Source of the DNA: Spirochaetales bacterium
GTDB taxonomy: Bacteria > Spirochaetota > GWE2-31-10
DNA: 64,000 nucleotides
Assembly: GCA_017624275.1 (NCBI GenBank)
Contig: JAGANG010000020.1
Coordinates: forward strand, 15,866-79,865
Direction: 5' to 3'
The notes under the pieces are model-generated. The model searched no databases and was not told the DNA's origin. It worked only from the letters and a program-made list of their open reading frames with translations. Positions 1 to 9,817 of this stretch are shown piece by piece. The number at the start of each line of letters is the position of its first letter. The stretch's first letter is position 1. The position numbers and the translations under genes are program-made.

Positions 1-1820
1 ACAATGACTTTGTCATTATCCTTTGTACGTGAAAATCCATATAAATCAGAATTATAACCAAAATCAATTTTTTCATGTTTTCCAGCTCCTATTGCAATGT
101 GTCTTTTGCGGAAATTTAATACTTTTGACCAATGTGCATGAATCTTTTCGTTGAACGTATAACCTAGATTTGCGATGTGACATTTGTCTCCCAGTAACCA
201 TGGCATTTGAGAACGAGTTTTTTGGTCTTCATCGGTTCCGCAACTTGCATTTGAATCTATTCTTCCGGCCTCGTCTCCGTAAAAAATCTGAATTGCACCG
301 GGGCACATCGCAAGTAATGTACCTGCTAATTTTTGTTTCTCAACATTTTTTTCTATGACCGAATAGAAAATACCGGATCTGTCTTTATTTATAGAATAGG
401 TATCATGTGAACTGATATAACTTAATACATTAAAAGCAGAATCGTTATTTATTTTTTTTGCATATTCTTCATAAGTACTGTCCATATATGAAGCACTGCC
501 ATAATTTACAGCTGCTTTTACTTTAGGACGAAAATCAAAATTAATCATTGAATCAAATCCGCCTTCAGTATAATAATTGTCCTTTATTACACCATGGTCA
601 AAATGTTCACCTGTCATCCAGAAAGGAAGATTTTCTTTGGCTATATTAGAAGTTGCTTTATTTTCTTCACACCAAACTTTATAAGCTGCAGAACATTTAT
701 CTTTTAATTTTTTCCATGTTATGGTACTTACATTCTTCGCACTGTCACATCTAAAACCGTCAATTCCGAATTCTTCTACCCATTTGCTTAGCCAATATGT
801 AAGGTAGTCTTGCACGGTAAAAGATGAAATGTCTTGCAATTTCACGATGTTGTAATTTTCGGACGGATAGAAAGATTCCATTTCTTTCTCATGTTTCTTT
901 TTTAGAAAAGGCGGAATTTCTACTTTTTCTGATGAGTCTGTAATGAATTGGGGTAATTCTTTATTGATAGCTTTATTTTCATCTTCCGTATAATCACCTC
1001 CTAACCTGGCTTTTACCCATTTCCCTGTCCACCAAGTACTCCATTCCTTTGAGTTATAATCAATATAACTATGATAAAACTTGGGTTGGAGGTTTTCTAA
1101 ATTTTCTGTGAGTTGTGGGAGGTTTAAATCTTCTTTGGGTTGTGAGTTTTCTAAATCTTCTTTGGATTTTTTTTCTTTTGAATTTTCTATTAATACCCCG
1201 GGAAATAAATGTTTTGCATCTTCGATAGTATTGTACCCTGCGTGGCTCATTACTACGTCCATTACGACTCGAATACCTCGCTTATGTGCCTCATCTACAA
1301 AGGCTTTAAATTCTTCTTTTGTTCCTATATTTGCATCCATATTCGTGTAGTCGAGTACATAATAACCGTGATACGGATAATGTTTAAATGCTCCGTTACT
1401 GCCTACACACCAACCGTGAATTTGTTCATAAGGGGCAGAAATCCAAATTACATTGATTCCTAAATCATACAAATAACCAAGCTTTTCAGTAAGCCCTGCT
1501 ATATTACCGCCGTAAAATTTACCTATATCCTCTATATCTTTTGGATTGCCTTTTTCACGTCCGTAAGCCATCTCTCGACCGGGATCGCTGTTGTAAAAAC
1601 GGTCGGTTATTACAAAATAAACGCTTGCATTATCCCAGGAAAATTTTGTCTCTTGATTGTTTGTTTTTTCTTTTTCTAATGCAAAGTTTTCTTCTCCTAC
1701 TTTGCTTTTGTATGTCAAAGCTGTTTTTTCTTGTTTTGCAGAAACGACTGAAGGTTCACATTCCGGCGAACATGAAATAAATAAAATTGTACATAATAAT
1801 AAGATAAACGTTTTTTTCAA
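1..1820 (-). CDS. alpha-amylase family (GH13) glycoside hydrolase, predicted lipoprotein; 3' end runs off the window
   Basis: Hand translation of the minus strand from TTG at 1820 (AGGAG 6 nt upstream): LKKTFILLLCTILFISCS (lipobox), VITDRFYNSDP, GGNIAGLTEKLGYLYDLGINVIWISAP, HGYYVLDY, GIRVVMDVVMSH. I translated the two ends and saw no stop there; the interior was not checked codon by codon. Absent from the track, presumably because it is open-ended. Confidence 0.8.
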   Translation of the reverse strand, partial: MKKTFILLLCTILFISCSPECEPSVVSAKQEKTALTYKSKVGEENFALEKEKTNNQETKFSWDNASVYFVITDRFYNSDPGREMAYGREKGNPKDIEDIGKFYGGNIAGLTEKLGYLYDLGINVIWISAPYEQIHGWCVGSNGAFKHYPYHGYYVLDYTNMDANIGTKEEFKAFVDEAHKRGIRVVMDVVMSHAGYNTIEDAKHLFPGVLIENSKEKKSKEDLENSQPKEDLNLPQLTENLENLQPKFYHSYIDYNSKEWSTWWTGKWVKARLGGDYTEDENKAINKELPQFITDSSEKVEIPPFLKKKHEKEMESFYPSENYNIVKLQDISSFTVQDYLTYWLSKWVEEFGIDGFRCDSAKNVSTITWKKLKDKCSAAYKVWCEENKATSNIAKENLPFWMTGEHFDHGVIKDNYYTEGGFDSMINFDFRPKVKAAVNYGSASYMDSTYEEYAKKINNDSAFNVLSYISSHDTYSINKDRSGIFYSVIEKNVEKQKLAGTLLAMCPGAIQIFYGDEAGRIDSNASCGTDEDQKTRSQMPWLLGDKCHIANLGYTFNEKIHAHWSKVLNFRKRHIAIGAGKHEKIDFGYNSDLYGFSRTKDNDKVI

Positions 1821-2080
1821 TTTGAACTCCTGTATTTGTTATTGGTATAAAATATAACAATATGGAATATTTACAGCGGTGTACAAATTGAAGTTTTTCA
1901 AAACAAAAACATTTTTATATGCAGTTTTAATCATTTTTCTACATTGTGTTTAATATGTGAAAGTTAATTTTTTTATTCTATCTTTGTTACTTATTCTTAT
2001 CATTTAAAATGAAATATTTTTGCCGTTGGTATAGTTTTATGATATGTTTAGACAGATTTTTGTTTCATATTTAGGAGAGA

Positions 2081-2761
2081 ATGTTGGAATTTTACATAGT
2101 ACCGACGCCTTTGGGAAATCCGGAAGATATAACTTTGCGAGCAGTGCGAGTGTTAAAGGAAGTAGACTTTGTCGTTTGTGAACATCATAAAGAGTATATT
2201 AGGCTTGTTACGAGTTTACAAATTCCGGTAAAAGAATGGATTGAATGTCAGCGTAAAGATTCCGAAAGCTGCCTGGAGCGTTTGGATGAACTTTTGTCCG
2301 CCGGTAAAAAAGGTGCTTTAGTTTCTGATTGCGGGTCGCCGGTATTTGAAGATCCGGGTTTTCCGGTATTGCGATATGTTGCCGGTAAAAATATAAAGCT
2401 TGTTTCTTTACCCGGGGCGAATTCTCTTATTACAGCATTGCCTTTGTCACCTTTTGAGATTCGTTCTTTTTATTTTGCAGGTTTTATTTCTCAAAAAAAA
2501 GGTGTAAGAGAACAAGATTTAAAGAATCTACTGAAAAGAAAAGAGTGGGTAATTCTACTGGAAACTCCGTATAGATTGAAAAATATTCTCGAATTAATGC
2601 AAAATATTGCACCTAAGCGAAATATAGTTTTGCCGTTTAACATTACGTTACCTGATGAAACAGTCTACAGCGGAACGGCGGCGGAGATTTTGAAAGCTCT
2701 AGCTCGTGATAATAATGAAAAAGGTGAATTTTTGTTGTTGATAGAAGGTTGCGGACGATGA
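2081..2761 (+). CDS. rsmI: RsmI-like 16S rRNA (cytidine-2'-O)-methyltransferase (tetrapyrrole-methylase fold)
   Basis: N-terminus FYIVPTPLGNPEDITLRAVRVLKEVDFVVCEHHKEY matches the RsmI signature (TPIGNxxDIT..RA...L....CEDTR). At 226 aa it is shorter than typical RsmI. Confidence 0.65.
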   Translation: MLEFYIVPTPLGNPEDITLRAVRVLKEVDFVVCEHHKEYIRLVTSLQIPVKEWIECQRKDSESCLERLDELLSAGKKGALVSDCGSPVFEDPGFPVLRYVAGKNIKLVSLPGANSLITALPLSPFEIRSFYFAGFISQKKGVREQDLKNLLKRKEWVILLETPYRLKNILELMQNIAPKRNIVLPFNITLPDETVYSGTAAEILKALARDNNEKGEFLLLIEGCGR

Positions 2762-3414
2762 AAAAAGCTATAATTTTTGACCTTGACGGGACTTTGCTTG
2801 ATACTCTCGAAGATTTGGCTGACGGTGTAAATGCAGCATTGGAATATATGAAATTTCCGAAACGGACAATAGAAGAAATTCGATGTTTTGTCGGAAACGG
2901 AATGCGGCAACTTATAAACAGAGCCGTTCCGTCGGGAACATCGGAAGCGAAAATAGAAAAGACGTTTGATTATTTTTGTGAGTATTATTTTGCTCATTGT
3001 AACGAAAAAACGGCTCCTTACCAAGGTATTATGCAAGTGCTGGACGAGCTTGTTCGGCAAAATTATAAGCTTGCGGTAGTGTCGAATAAGCGTGAGGAAG
3101 CAGTAAAGGCATTATGTGAAAAATATTTTGACATGATTACTGTAATGTCGGGAGACAAACCGGGAATCAATCGAAAGCCCGCACCTGACAGTGTCGAAAA
3201 TGTTTTAAAACAGCTGGATTGCGAAAAATCTGATGCAATATATGTAGGAGATTCTGAGATTGATATTCTTACAGCTAAAAATGCAGGAGTAGATTGCGTA
3301 AGTGTTGCGTGGGGATTCAGAACGGAAAGAGAATTGCTAGATAACGGTGCGGCTGATGTTATTTTTGAGCCGCATGAACTTTTGGATAAAATAAAAGATT
3401 TTGAAAATAAATAA
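2758..3414 (+). CDS. HAD-superfamily phosphatase (phosphoglycolate phosphatase-like)
   Basis: MKKAIIFDLDGTLLDT (HAD motif I), VSNK, and GDSEIDILTAKNAG (motif IV). ATG at 2758 overlaps the rsmI stop (ATGA), so it is preferred over the track's TTG at 2749. Confidence 0.8.
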   Translation: MKKAIIFDLDGTLLDTLEDLADGVNAALEYMKFPKRTIEEIRCFVGNGMRQLINRAVPSGTSEAKIEKTFDYFCEYYFAHCNEKTAPYQGIMQVLDELVRQNYKLAVVSNKREEAVKALCEKYFDMITVMSGDKPGINRKPAPDSVENVLKQLDCEKSDAIYVGDSEIDILTAKNAGVDCVSVAWGFRTERELLDNGAADVIFEPHELLDKIKDFENK

Positions 3415-3431
3415 TATTAAAGGAGAAAATT

Positions 3432-4760
3432 ATGAAAGTTTTAATTGCTGCGATAAACAGAGAAAAATTTCCCGATCCTGTATTTCCTTTGGGGGCGTCT
3501 TATATTGCCCATGCGGTGGAATCTGCCGGGAAATATGAACTTCAAATATTTGATGCGTGTTTTGAGGAAAATCCTCAGGAAGCGTTTAAGGAAAAAATAA
3601 AAGCTTTTATGCCGGATGTGATTGGTTTTTCTATCCGTAATGTTGATAATAATGCTTTTCCTATAGCAGAAAATTATCTTCCTTATTATCAAAGCATGAT
3701 GAAAGTAATTCGTGAAAATTGTAATGCTTCCGTTGTTGTCGGTGGTTCGGCTTATACGATTTTTCCTGAATATTTTTTAAATGAATTGGGAGCTGATTAC
3801 GGAATAGCCGGTGAAGGTGAGTACAGTTTTGTTTCCCTTTTGGAGCAAATAGAAGCCGGTACAGTTGCAAAAGGTACTATTATAAAGTCTGCGGAAATTA
3901 AAGATATTAACTTTGATACATTTCCGTCACGTAACGGATTTGATGTTGCCGGATATTACCAAAAAGGCGGCTGTATAAACATTCAAACCAAACGAGGTTG
4001 TGCGTTTGATTGTTCATATTGTACTTATCCTACAATCGAAGGTCATAAATATAGATTGCGAAGTCCTAAAAATATTGCGGATGAGATTCAGCATTGGGTA
4101 GAAACTGCGGATGTTCGTCATTTTTATTTTGTAGACAGTGTTTTTAATCATCCGGAAAAATATTCTATTGAGATAATAAATGAAATTGTCCGCCGAAATC
4201 TTCAAATTCAGTGGACGGGATTCTTCTCTCCGATTTTTAATGATGAATTTGCAGCTGCATGTCAATCTGCCGGGCTGACTTCTATGGATTTGGGAACAGA
4301 TGCTTTTTGTGACGTGACATTAAAGGGGTATCATAAATTTTTTACCGTAGAAGATATTTTTAGAAGTTGTGAATTGTGCCGTAAATACGGAATCAAATAT
4401 AACCATTCTATGATATTCGGCGGACCGGGCGAAACAATGGAAACTCTTGCAGAGACTGTAAAGAATATTGATGCTTCTGATCCGGATTCGATTATCGGAT
4501 TTGTGGGAGTGCGTTTGTATCCAAATACTCCTATTTTAAAAGATGTCGGAATTGATGAAGTAGGAATCGAACCGGAATTTTATTTGTCACCTGATGTAAA
4601 AGATAAAATCGTTGATTATTTGCTGGATATTTGTGCTACTCACAAAAATTGGATTATTCCCGGATTGGAAAAAGGCGTAAATATGAAACTGTTTGAAAGA
4701 ATGCGTAAAAAGGGAATAAAAGGTCAGCTTTGGGAATTGATGAAGAGTTGGTCTAGATAA
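3432..4760 (+). CDS. B12-binding-domain radical SAM protein
   Basis: N-terminal B12-binding-like region followed by TKRGCAFDCSYCTYP (CxxxCxxC radical SAM cluster motif). Confidence 0.8.
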   Translation: MKVLIAAINREKFPDPVFPLGASYIAHAVESAGKYELQIFDACFEENPQEAFKEKIKAFMPDVIGFSIRNVDNNAFPIAENYLPYYQSMMKVIRENCNASVVVGGSAYTIFPEYFLNELGADYGIAGEGEYSFVSLLEQIEAGTVAKGTIIKSAEIKDINFDTFPSRNGFDVAGYYQKGGCINIQTKRGCAFDCSYCTYPTIEGHKYRLRSPKNIADEIQHWVETADVRHFYFVDSVFNHPEKYSIEIINEIVRRNLQIQWTGFFSPIFNDEFAAACQSAGLTSMDLGTDAFCDVTLKGYHKFFTVEDIFRSCELCRKYGIKYNHSMIFGGPGETMETLAETVKNIDASDPDSIIGFVGVRLYPNTPILKDVGIDEVGIEPEFYLSPDVKDKIVDYLLDICATHKNWIIPGLEKGVNMKLFERMRKKGIKGQLWELMKSWSR

Positions 4761-4804
4761 TTTTAGATTTTTTTTAAATTAAAAAAGTATTACGGAGAAA
4801 TAAA

Positions 4805-6721
4805 ATGTTTTCGATGATTCAATTTCAGTCGGCCGGTTTGGTAATTGTACTTTTTATTATGTGTATGCATTTTGCCAGACGAACAAAGTGGCTTGTGACA
4901 GAGAGAACTTTTGAGGTATTTTTATTTATTGTACTTGCAGGACTTTTGCTTGATATTTCTTCAATTTTTGCAATTGCGTATAGAACGAAAATTCCTGTTA
5001 TTGTAACGAATTTAATATCTAAGTTTTATCTGATAAGTTTACAGGTAACAACTTTAATGACGCTTGTTTATTTATTTGCAGATTTATTTTGGTATGAAGA
5101 AAGAATCAGAAAGTTATTTCGTCCTTTTTTGATATTTTTGATTGTTATTTTCTGTAGTTATTTGTTTTTACCGATTTACTATTTCTTTGATTTTGAAAAC
5201 AGAGTCGTTTATTCTTATGGACCGGCAGTTTTTATGACGTATGCGTGCTGCTTGTCGTTTCTGACATTGAGTTTCGGAATATTAATTTTTTGTTGGGATA
5301 AGATTTCCCTCAGTAGAAAATTACCGGTAGTCGTAATAATTTCATCTTTTATAATATCTGCCGTTATACAGTTTTTTAATAATGAGTTATTGCTTGTCGG
5401 TTTTGCAATGTCTATGGCTGTAATGGTTATTTATTTATATATGGAAAATCCTTATTTGCGAATGGACAGAGAACTGGGAACGAATAATGAGCATGCTTGG
5501 AATTTGTATGTAAAACAGATGTTTGCCAGAAAAAAAGATTTCAATATGGTGGCAATTTATATAAATGACTTGGAATCTATCATAGATATATTCGGGAATA
5601 AGAATAAGATAGATTTATTATTATCTATTACAAATTTTTTCCGCTCTATAGATGACAGTATTTCTTTCAGGATGGGAACGAATAATTTTATAGTTGTAAG
5701 TTCAACATTGAAAAACAAAGATTTACTTGAAAAAATAACTCGTCGTTTTGCCGAACCATTTTCTGTAGCAGATGCAAGTATTAAGCTTTCGGTTAGTTAT
5801 TGTACATATCCGGACAGTAAGCTGTTTTCTGATGTGCAAGAATTAATAAGTATAAAAAATTATATTCACTTAAAAATGAAACGAAATGCGAATGAGACAT
5901 TCATTACCGTAAATGAAGATTTAATAAAATCTCAAAGAGAAATGGTCAATATAAAAAAACGATTGCAGTGGGCTTTGGAAAATGACGGTTTTGACGTATT
6001 TTACCAACCGATTTATTCTTTTGAAAAGGGGCGAATCGTATCGGCAGAAGCTCTTACCCGTTTGAAAGATGAAGAAGGTAAGTTTATAAATCCGGAAGTT
6101 TTTATTCAGATTGCAGAAGAAAACGGAATGATATTGGAGATAGGAATGAAAGTCTTCGATAAAGTTTGTCGATTTATCAAAGATTTTCATCCGGAAGATT
6201 TGGGAATAGAATATATTGAAGTTAATCTTTCTGTTGTCCAATGTATGCAAGAAACTTTAGCCGGAGATTTGATGGCTATTATGGATAAATATAAGATAAA
6301 TCCGGGATTTATTAATTTTGAGATTACCGAAACATCTATGATAAATTCTAAAGATGTATTGCTTAATAATATGTCGGAATTGATAGAGAATTCTGCTAAT
6401 TTTTATCTTGATGACTACGGCAGCGGATATTCAAATCTCAGTTATATAATAGGTTTACCTTTGCATGCAGTAAAGCTTGATAAATCTATAGTTTGGGCTT
6501 CGTTTACCAGTGAAAAAGGAAGTATTACACTTGAATTTGTAGTGCGGATGATAAAAAAACTTAATATGAAAATAGTTGCAGAAGGAATAGAAAACAAAGA
6601 GCAATTTAATAAAATGAAAGAATTGGGTGTAGATTTAGTACAAGGATATTACTTTTCTCGTCCGGTTGATTCGAAAGATTTTGTTAAATTTATGTTCGAA
6701 TACAAAGACGACAATGATTAA
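4805..6721 (+). CDS. multi-pass membrane protein with degenerate GGDEF-like domain and EAL domain (putative c-di-GMP phosphodiesterase)
   Basis: About 200 aa of hydrophobic helices. EAL motifs: QPIYS...SAEALTRL, EITE, DDYGSGYSNL, KLDKS, AEGIENKEQ, QGYYFSRP. No GGDEF/GGEEF signature; FRMGTNNF sits at its position. Confidence 0.85.
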   Translation: MFSMIQFQSAGLVIVLFIMCMHFARRTKWLVTERTFEVFLFIVLAGLLLDISSIFAIAYRTKIPVIVTNLISKFYLISLQVTTLMTLVYLFADLFWYEERIRKLFRPFLIFLIVIFCSYLFLPIYYFFDFENRVVYSYGPAVFMTYACCLSFLTLSFGILIFCWDKISLSRKLPVVVIISSFIISAVIQFFNNELLLVGFAMSMAVMVIYLYMENPYLRMDRELGTNNEHAWNLYVKQMFARKKDFNMVAIYINDLESIIDIFGNKNKIDLLLSITNFFRSIDDSISFRMGTNNFIVVSSTLKNKDLLEKITRRFAEPFSVADASIKLSVSYCTYPDSKLFSDVQELISIKNYIHLKMKRNANETFITVNEDLIKSQREMVNIKKRLQWALENDGFDVFYQPIYSFEKGRIVSAEALTRLKDEEGKFINPEVFIQIAEENGMILEIGMKVFDKVCRFIKDFHPEDLGIEYIEVNLSVVQCMQETLAGDLMAIMDKYKINPGFINFEITETSMINSKDVLLNNMSELIENSANFYLDDYGSGYSNLSYIIGLPLHAVKLDKSIVWASFTSEKGSITLEFVVRMIKKLNMKIVAEGIENKEQFNKMKELGVDLVQGYYFSRPVDSKDFVKFMFEYKDDND

Positions 6722-6734
6722 TCAATCATAATTT

Positions 6735-8684
6735 TTAAGCATTGTCGGCTGCACAGTAAACGTCACGGAAATTAAACTTACGTACAAATGAAAGAAAATC
6801 TTGAGCCGGAAGCGGGCGTGAGAAGTAGTATCCTTGGAAATAATCACAGCCCATTGCGGCAAATAATTTTGTTTGTTCTTCAGTTTCTATACCTTCGGCG
6901 ACAATGTGTTTTCCGAGATTTTTTGCCATTACGATGGAACTTTCTATTACAAGGCGTCCTTTTTCATCAACGGTGGCAGTGTCAATCATAGATTTGTCAA
7001 ATTTGATAATATCTATAGGAAGATCAAGTAATGAGCGAATATTTGAATTACCGGTACCGAAATCGTCGAGGGAAAAAGATAATCCGCGACGGTTTAAAGA
7101 ATTAATATTTTTTATTAAAACTTTCGGAGAATTGGTTGTTGCCGTTTCCGTAATTTCAAGGTTCAACATATCCGGAGAGATTCCGTATTCTTCTATTTTA
7201 CTCATAAAATTATGAGCAAAAGATTCCTGCATACATTGAATTACCGAAAGGTTCATTTCGATATATTTAATACCGAATGTTTGCAAATCATTATTCTTCA
7301 TGAAACAGAAAATAGAACTTGTTATAAAATCGCCGATTCGCAATATCAATCCGGTACGTTCAGCAAGCGGAATAAAATCAGCAGGAGAAACAAAGCCGAA
7401 TTCTGGATCTCTCAATCGAATCAACGCTTCCGCAGATTCTATTTTCCCGGTATGAACATTGTAAATCGGTTGATAATACATTTCAAAGTTATTTTCATCC
7501 AATGCTCTGTGGATACATTGTTCAATTTCAATATTTTTTCTTTTGTCTTGCAAGTTGATATTCTTAGCAGAAATAATCCATTTTTGGCGATTGTCCAATT
7601 CTTTGAGGTAGTCTATGTAATTGAAAACATCACCGATAGATTCTATATCTTCAGGAAGTAATATATCCATTAAACGTATTGAAACAGTGATACAGTTTTC
7701 ATCAACGAACCATGGTTTTTCAAATCTTTTTTCAATAGTTTGAAGTAATTTGAACGAATCGTTTTTACCGGAATATACGGTAATAACAAAAGTACTTGAG
7801 CCTAAATAAAAGACGCTTTGCTTGCTGGTATCTTCCAAAAATTTGGCAATGTCTTTTAATATAAAATCCATTTTTGTTGTACCGAGCATTTGATTGATTA
7901 AACGAGCGTCTTCAATGTGACAAACAATCAGAGTGAATTCTGTATTTCTTTTTTGATTCATATCTAAGACTTTCAAAAATGATTTACTGTTGAAAATCCC
8001 TAATTGAGAATCAAGTGCATTTTCTGGTTTTTGTATTAATACATAAAAAATTAGAATCCCGGTTGCAATGGTAAAATTTTGAACCAAAAGATTAGGGGAT
8101 AATATTTGGATAATTGAAGCCAATGCAACAAGTCCTGAAGAAAATAAATGGACTGACAATAAATTTGCCGGTAATAAATGATGCATGGATATTATATAAA
8201 CAGTACAGAAAATCATGTAAATAAGAGTATTTGCATAAAGCAGCCAGAAATATGGACCGTGGCAGTATTCATTTTTTACAATAAAGAAAATATGTGATGT
8301 CGAAAAATTTAAAACTAATGATAATAAAGTTAAAAATTGAGGAATTGCCAGAACAAGTTTGAAAGTTTGGCGATTCTTTTTATTTCCTATATCTGCAATA
8401 GATAAAATATAATAGGTATATACAAACGGGATGCAAATATGGAAAAAATAATAAAAGAAAGCAGACAAAGAACGTATGCTGTGTGGAAATATATACCTTT
8501 CACGGAAAACCAACACATCTAAAATATCAAAAAAAGTACTTAAAATTACCGTACTCATAAATAAAAGGAAAATTCTGTTTTGTTTTAATGCAACTTTTTT
8601 TCTCTTTGCATAAATAAAGAAGAAAAACAAAAGAATTATAAGGGCTGATATATCATAACTTAAATTGTAATTCATAACTTCCAT
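6735..8684 (-). CDS. multi-pass membrane protein with degenerate GGDEF-like domain and EAL domain (paralogue of 4805..6721)
   Basis: QPIYN...SAEALIRL, EITE, DDFGTGNSN, KFDKS, AEGIETEEQ, QGYYFSRP. N-terminal multi-TM region. Convergent with its paralogue; the stops are 13 nt apart. Confidence 0.85.
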   Translation of the reverse strand: MEVMNYNLSYDISALIILLFFFFIYAKRKKVALKQNRIFLLFMSTVILSTFFDILDVLVFRERYIFPHSIRSLSAFFYYFFHICIPFVYTYYILSIADIGNKKNRQTFKLVLAIPQFLTLLSLVLNFSTSHIFFIVKNEYCHGPYFWLLYANTLIYMIFCTVYIISMHHLLPANLLSVHLFSSGLVALASIIQILSPNLLVQNFTIATGILIFYVLIQKPENALDSQLGIFNSKSFLKVLDMNQKRNTEFTLIVCHIEDARLINQMLGTTKMDFILKDIAKFLEDTSKQSVFYLGSSTFVITVYSGKNDSFKLLQTIEKRFEKPWFVDENCITVSIRLMDILLPEDIESIGDVFNYIDYLKELDNRQKWIISAKNINLQDKRKNIEIEQCIHRALDENNFEMYYQPIYNVHTGKIESAEALIRLRDPEFGFVSPADFIPLAERTGLILRIGDFITSSIFCFMKNNDLQTFGIKYIEMNLSVIQCMQESFAHNFMSKIEEYGISPDMLNLEITETATTNSPKVLIKNINSLNRRGLSFSLDDFGTGNSNIRSLLDLPIDIIKFDKSMIDTATVDEKGRLVIESSIVMAKNLGKHIVAEGIETEEQTKLFAAMGCDYFQGYYFSRPLPAQDFLSFVRKFNFRDVYCAADNA

Positions 8685-8788
8685 TATATAGTTTTATATT
8701 TATCAAAGTGGATTAATTTGTCATTAATTATTAGTAGAGTCTCTTGTTTACTTTTTTAATAAGAAATATCTTTATTGGGAATATTGAT

Positions 8789-8911
8789 AAAGAGGCTGTC
8801 TAATAAGTAAAGTTATAATGTCATTCCGAACTTATTTCGGAATCTACTTATTATGTTTGGGCAGATGCTGAAATAAGTTCAGCATGACAAGATTTTTCCG
8901 GCAGCCTCTTT
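8789..8911. repeat. MITE/REP-like nested palindromic element, long copy (about 123 bp)
   Basis: Terminal inverted repeat AAAGAGGCTG (8789-8798) / CAGCCTCTTT (8902-8911). Internal hairpins: TAATAAGTA/TACTTATTA, ATTCCGAA/TTCGGAAT, GCTGAA/TTCAGC. The left arm AAAGAGGC(A/T)GTCTAATAAGTAAA and the ATGACAAGA(T/C) block recur at 42545-42617. Confidence 0.7.
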
Positions 8912-8926
8912 AATTTTTTTTGGCTA

Positions 8927-9817
8927 TTAATAAATAGCTTCATGTCCGAAGGAAATATTGTAACCGATAGTAAATAAATGTTCGGAATAAATATTTTCCC
9001 AGGTAGAAGATATAGTGTTTTTTCCTACAGTTCCTTGAAATTGGACATAATTGCAGAAGCTCCACAGGATGAAGAATTCATGTCGGTAAACAATGTTTTC
9101 TTTTAGGAATTGCCGTCCGAATGATATTCCCAAATCTCCGAAAGGAAAAGAACGGCGTATTGTTGCCAAACCGACTTCCGGTAATTTGAATTCTCCGTTT
9201 TCAACTGTGATTTCCGTAATATCAAAGATGTTATAACGGAAACGTAGCGGTATTCCCCAGTAAAAACGGTTATCAGGGTAATCTTTTGAAACTACCGCAT
9301 CAAATAAAATCATTCCTCCCATGCTGACACCAAAATATCCGGGAGCAACACAATCACGTTGTTTTCCTTCACCGCCGGCGTAAATTCCGATTTGCGGTAA
9401 TATTGCAATATTTGCTTTAGAAGTATTTAATAATCCGAATTTGAAGTAATTTTCAAAATAGAATTCGTGATTAAAATCAAGGATAAAAGCATTCTCAAAG
9501 TCATCAAAATGATAAATATCTATTAAAAGATTGAATCTGTGACCGACTCGAAATTGATATTCTAGCCATTCTGATATTCCCAGCCGAAACTGCAAATACG
9601 GACTTAATTCGGCAAATGCTTTGCTTTTCAGGTATTCAGGATTAGATCCTTTTGTATCCAACAAAGTACCAACTTTTGCTTTAAACTCAACACTGCCGGA
9701 TATTTCTGTAGATTTAGGAGAAAGGGTTTGAGCCTTTTGATTTAGAGGTTGTGCAGTAAGTGTTGAATATCCGGAAATAATTATGGTTACTATAAAAAAG
9801 AAAAATTTTGTTTTCAT
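8927..9817 (-). CDS. hypothetical exported protein, possibly an outer-membrane beta-barrel
   Basis: Signal peptide MKTKFFFFIVTIIISGYSTLTA. Alternating aromatic and hydrophilic pattern. C-terminal ...FGHEAIY (terminal aromatic). The start overlaps the upstream gene's stop by 1 nt (TAATG). Confidence 0.4.
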   Translation of the reverse strand: MKTKFFFFIVTIIISGYSTLTAQPLNQKAQTLSPKSTEISGSVEFKAKVGTLLDTKGSNPEYLKSKAFAELSPYLQFRLGISEWLEYQFRVGHRFNLLIDIYHFDDFENAFILDFNHEFYFENYFKFGLLNTSKANIAILPQIGIYAGGEGKQRDCVAPGYFGVSMGGMILFDAVVSKDYPDNRFYWGIPLRFRYNIFDITEITVENGEFKLPEVGLATIRRSFPFGDLGISFGRQFLKENIVYRHEFFILWSFCNYVQFQGTVGKNTISSTWENIYSEHLFTIGYNISFGHEAIY

